Shown piece by piece: positions 58,880 to 64,000 of a DNA stretch of 64,000 nucleotides; within the stretch, counting starts at the first letter, position 1, and the number at the start of each line of letters is the position of its first letter. The stretch lies in NCBI RefSeq assembly GCF_009914755.1, contig NC_060933.1; one strand, 5' to 3'. The notes under the pieces were generated by a model. It was not told the DNA's origin. It saw nothing but the letters and a program-made list of their open reading frames with translations, and made no database searches. This DNA comes from the human T2T-CHM13v2.0 reference genome, Homo sapiens. Position numbers and translations under genes: made by a program.

Positions 58880-60700
58880 CTTAAAACCCTTCATCAGCTC
58901 TCCCAAACACCTCCCCATGTTCACTTTCAGCAGGTGACTTTAGTTCCCTCTTCACAGACAGAACTGAAGCATCAGCAGAACACTTTCAAGACCCCCCTCT
59001 GTTGCTCTCTCCCAAACTGTTTTCCCTCCTGTTACCATCTGTGATAGTGCTTCTCAAACGGGAGCACGCATCGTCATCACCTGGAGGGCTTATTAAAACA
59101 GGTTGCATGGCACCACCCCAGAGTTTCCGATTCAGGATATCTGGAGCATGGCCTGATAATTTGCATTTCCAACAAGTTCCCAGATGATGCTGGTCCCACT
59201 TTGAGAACTACTGTCATAGATGTTTCTCCCTGATCATTGTCTTATGCACCAGACCCCATACCTCACACCTAGTAAGGACATCAGTCTAGTAACTACCCAT
59301 TTCATAATCATTTTTCTCCTTATGATTGAATCACTTTTTCAGCACACAAATATACTTTATTTCTCCCATTAAAATTCTTGACCCCAATTCTATGTGCTGG
59401 CTCATTTTTAAGCTTTTCATTGGCATAAAATCCCTCGAGTTATTGTTTCTCCTGCCTCCAATTCCTCTTCTCCAGTCTTTCCTTAGTCCTCTTCATTTCA
59501 GATTTTGCCAGTGCACCATCTTCAGCACCAACAAGATTCTCAAGGTCACCGATTTACTGCATGTCAATTTTCACACTTAACCCTTAGTTTCCTATCAGCC
59601 GCATTTGATACACTTGACCCCTTCCTCCTCTTTGATAAGTTTTCTTTACTTGGCTTCCAAGGACACCACACTCTTGATTTTCTTCCTTCATTGATGGTTG
59701 CTGCTTCTTAGTCTCCTTTGCTGATTTCTTGCCTTCTCCCTGATCTTTTAATGTTGCCTGCCCTAGAGCTCAATCCTTGGATTTCTCCATCTTCACTTGT
59801 TCCTTGGTGGTCACTCCTCAACTTCCCCTACACCTGCTTTCCCATCCCAGTCTAGCAGTTCCATCCTTCTAGTTCCTCAGACTAAAAACTTGAAGTCCTT
59901 GACTCTTCTCTTCAAAACCCACATTAAAACCAGGAAAAATTTATTTACCATCCAAATATGTCAAGATACTGACTATTCCTCATTACAGCTACTGCTTCCA
60001 ACCTAGTCTGAGCCACTCTCATCTCACCTGGATACTGTAATAACCCCTAACAGGTCCTGTGTCTACTTTTGTTCCCTAGAGCAAGCAACCCAGGAGGCAG
60101 AATGATCTGTACAAAATGCTATTTCACTTGTATTAAAATCCCACATATTTATGATAGCCTATGAATCCCCATGTGATTTGCACTTGCCCTCCTATCTCTC
60201 TGACTTCCTCTCACTACTGTCCTCTTGCTCACTCTGCTCCAGCCCTTTTCCAAGAACACACCAGGCCCCCTCCTGCCTTTAACATTAGAGTATTTGGTTT
60301 GTGTTCCTTCTACCTGGAACACTCTCCCAGCAGATAACCAACTGGCCTCACTACAGCAGCTCCTTCAGATCTTTGCTCCAAAATCACCTTAGTGGGTCAA
60401 CCCCAAACATCGTATTTTAACAGATGATAATGCCCTTCACTCCATGCCCAAAGTACTCCTAAGGACTCTTACAAGCACAGCTTTTTTGTTTTTCCCATAG
60501 CTCTTAACTTCTCCCTACTTACTCTAGTATTTGTATATATTTGTTTATTGTTTTGTAACTCCCAACACACACACTTCCTCCAAAATGTACAACCTCTGTG
60601 ACAGCAGGAAACTTGTCATTTACTGATATCCTAAATGACCAGACTAGTGCTTGGGATTTAGTAGGCTTCCAGCCAATACTATCTTGAATGTACAGCTTCC
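58880..60700 (+). mobile_element. L2 LINE fragments (interrupted by MER5A)
   Basis: agccgcatttgatacacttgacc...cttggcttccaaggacaccacactc...ttctagttcctcag...tctacctggaac. Confidence 0.7.
59045..59213. mobile_element. MER5A DNA transposon
   Basis: tagtgcttctcaaac...atttgcatttccaacaagttcccagatgatgct...tttgagaactactg. Confidence 0.85.
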
Positions 60701-60784
60701 CAATACATATGGCTTGCAAAGCCGTGTATGTTCTGACTTACTCCAGCCTCTTTCTCACCTCCCACACCTCATGGCACTCTAAAT

Positions 60785-61545
<761 letters not shown>

Positions 61546-62279
61546 CTCTTTGACCCCAGCTCCAAGCAGACCAGGCTCCTCCTTGTCTCTGGCCTTTTGT
61601 AAGTTGTCCCTCCACTTGGAAGACTCTTCTTTGCTCCACCATCATCTCTTTTTATCTGACTCACTGTCTGAATTAGCCCTTTCTCTGCACTTTGCAAACA
61701 CCCTATTCTGTTACATTACTAGTCACACTGTATTATAATTGTCTGATTCATTGTGTGATGGTTCAGGAATTATTTCTACCTTGTTTACTTCTGTGTCCCC
61801 AGACTCTTCGGACATTACCTTTCATATAAGAGATACTGTGTATGTCTATATATACATATATGTATTTGTTAAATAAATTTATAAATCTATGAAATTTATG
61901 CCTATAGAAGTTTTAGCCATCCTTCGGTTTCCACCTCAAATCCCTTCTTCCCAGGATTCTTGTCAGAGCAGTCCACAGCAAATATTTCCTGTTTTGTACT
62001 CCCAAACCACCTGCAGCTCATATTACTCATAGGCCATTTGTAATACATGATTTTACTACGTAAAATTCTACCTCCCCAGATAGTGAAAACTGGAAGAGCA
62101 GGAATTCTGGAAAAGAAAATGACTTACATATTAGGTGTTCAATAAAAACTTGATGACTTATTAAATATATTGTCTGATTTCAGTCTTATGTCTGGTGATT
62201 ACTTTTCCTGAGGTAATTCAGTAAAACCAGTGAAAATTTTTGTGTGTTTTAACCATTATGCTAAAAGGTATCTGCTCTC

Positions 62280-62584
62280 TGCCAGGCGTGGTGGCTCACA
62301 CCTGTAATCCCAGCACTTTGGGAGGCTGAGGCTAGATCACTTGAGGTCAGGAGTTGAACACCAGCCTGGCCAACATGGCAAAACCTCATCTCTACTAAAA
62401 ATACAAAAATTAAACAGGCATGATGGTAGGCACCTGTAATCCCAGCTACTCAGGAGGCTGAGCTCAGCAGGAAAATAGCTTGAACCCAGAAGGCGGGAGG
62501 TTGCAGTGAGCCAAGATTGCGCCACTGCACTCCAGCCTGGGCAATAGAGAAAAACTCCATCTCAAAACAAACAACCACCAAAAA
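62280..62584 (+). mobile_element. AluS
   Basis: Full Alu; flanking T(A/G)TCTGCTCTC duplication. Confidence 0.92.
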
Positions 62585-63579
62585 CTGTCTGCTCTCAATC
62601 TTTTGATTGAATAGTAAAACCAATATTTTTTTTAAAGGAAGGCTACTTCCCGAATGACCTTATCTACCTATGTGTCTGTGTAGTTGGCCATTAATCAAAT
62701 GTCATTTATATCCCAAACTTCATTTTCATTCATTGTTGATTCGGTTGATACTCATGTCCATCTGTCTACAGATATACACTGTCACTCATCAGTGTTATAT
62801 ACAAACCTTACTCATTTTATTATCACTAATGGGCTCAATCCTAAATAAGATCAAAGCTTATTTTTCCCTTTTGCATAGTATCTTCCAATAGTCAAGCTAA
62901 AGAAGAAAAAAGCAAATTGCATTATGAAAATGCTATACTACACAGTCTGTTCTGTGAGGTGTAGAGCAAGCATTAATGACCCTTTTTTTCTGTGCCAGAT
63001 TGGAGGAGAAAAGAGAGAAGTAGAAACAATTAACTGTAGACAGATCAGACCTTTCAACTTTTTCATGCTTTATGACTGCAGTCCTAATGATAAAGAACCC
63101 CAGAGGCAATGTGAGCACTCCCTCGGGAGGGAATGTGAGTCTGGTATCTGGTCCTCTCTAACAGTTCATGCCTGGTAAGGATCATGGTGTCCTGGCATGA
63201 CAGACACCAAAAGTCCACATTTTCCAAGGGAATGAATGTTTACAAATACATTGGTTCCTTGATGTTACTAGAGCCCTCTTCCTATTCTCTCCTCTTTTCC
63301 TAATTCATGCCCCCTTATTACCTTAACAGAGGTGGGAGTTAATCAGGATGTAATAAAATTGAAAAAGTACCTAGGATGGAAGGGATTTGGAATTCTGAAT
63401 ATTGTGTTTTAAGTTGGAAAAAAAAGTTACATAAAATGTATTCTATTGTCTTGGCAGTTATTTACTTTGTTTTTTATCTTATAGTTTGTCTTCTTGAGAC
63501 TGTAGGCGTCTATAAACTGTGAACTAATTTAGATGCCACTCCTGAGGGCCTGGCACATGATTTGCACTTAATGAACAGC

Positions 63580-63950
63580 TGCTTTGGTCTGAATTTCTGT
63601 GTCCTCCTAAAATCCATATATTGAAATCTAATCTCCAATGCAGTAGTATCAAGAGGTAGAGCCTTTGGGGGTGATTAGGTCATGATAGTGTTTCCTTCAT
63701 GAATGAGATTAGTTTCTCTATAAATAAGGCCCGAGGGAGCTCTTTTGCCCCTTCTGCCATGTGAGAACACGTCTAGAAGGTGGCATCTATGAAGTAGAGT
63801 GGGCCCTCATCAGACACTGAATCTGTTGGTGCCTTGATCTTGGACTTCCACCCCCGCCCCCCCCCCCAAGAACTGTGAGAAACAACTTTATTGTTTTTAA
63901 GTTACTCAGTCTAAGATACTTTGTTATAGCCACCCAAAAGGACTAAGACA
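63580..63950 (+). mobile_element. MaLR LTR (MLT1A0-like)
   Basis: TGCTTTGGTCTGAAT...ccttgatcttggacttcca...GGACTAAGACA; TSD ACAGC/GCAGC. Confidence 0.85.
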
Positions 63951-64000
63951 GCAGCCACTAAAAAGTGTTCATTTTACCTCAATCAGCAATTTAAAAGGAA

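Overview
This is primate (very probably human, 9p21.3) genomic DNA covering most of MTAP (S-methyl-5'-thioadenosine phosphorylase) on the + strand. The window holds the end of intron 1, coding exons 2-8 (all GT-AG, phases consistent, residues 12-283, Ile56 allele), a 3'UTR with several poly(A) signals and about 8 kb downstream. Intron 1 carries a 5'-truncated processed beta-tubulin pseudogene (TUBB8P1). Intron 4 carries a full-length antisense L1PA. Intron 5 is largely a nested stack: a full-length sense L1PB1 interrupted by three Alus and an internally deleted HERV-L provirus with two MLT2A1 LTRs. The rest is Alu, MIR, L2, MaLR LTR, old L1 and DNA-transposon remnants; most short ORFs in the track are repeat-derived noise. 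I found no wholly new gene system. The most interesting signals are (i) retroelement promoters and splice donors pointing in the MTAP sense, including an L1 ORF0 donor in frame with MTAP exon 5, (ii) a long fold-back hairpin in intron 3, (iii) a HERV-L integrase deletion patched by an inverted piece of the deleted region, and (iv) an interlocking AT-rich palindrome in intron 4. Repeat subfamily names come from recalled consensus sequences and should be confirmed with RepeatMasker/Dfam.
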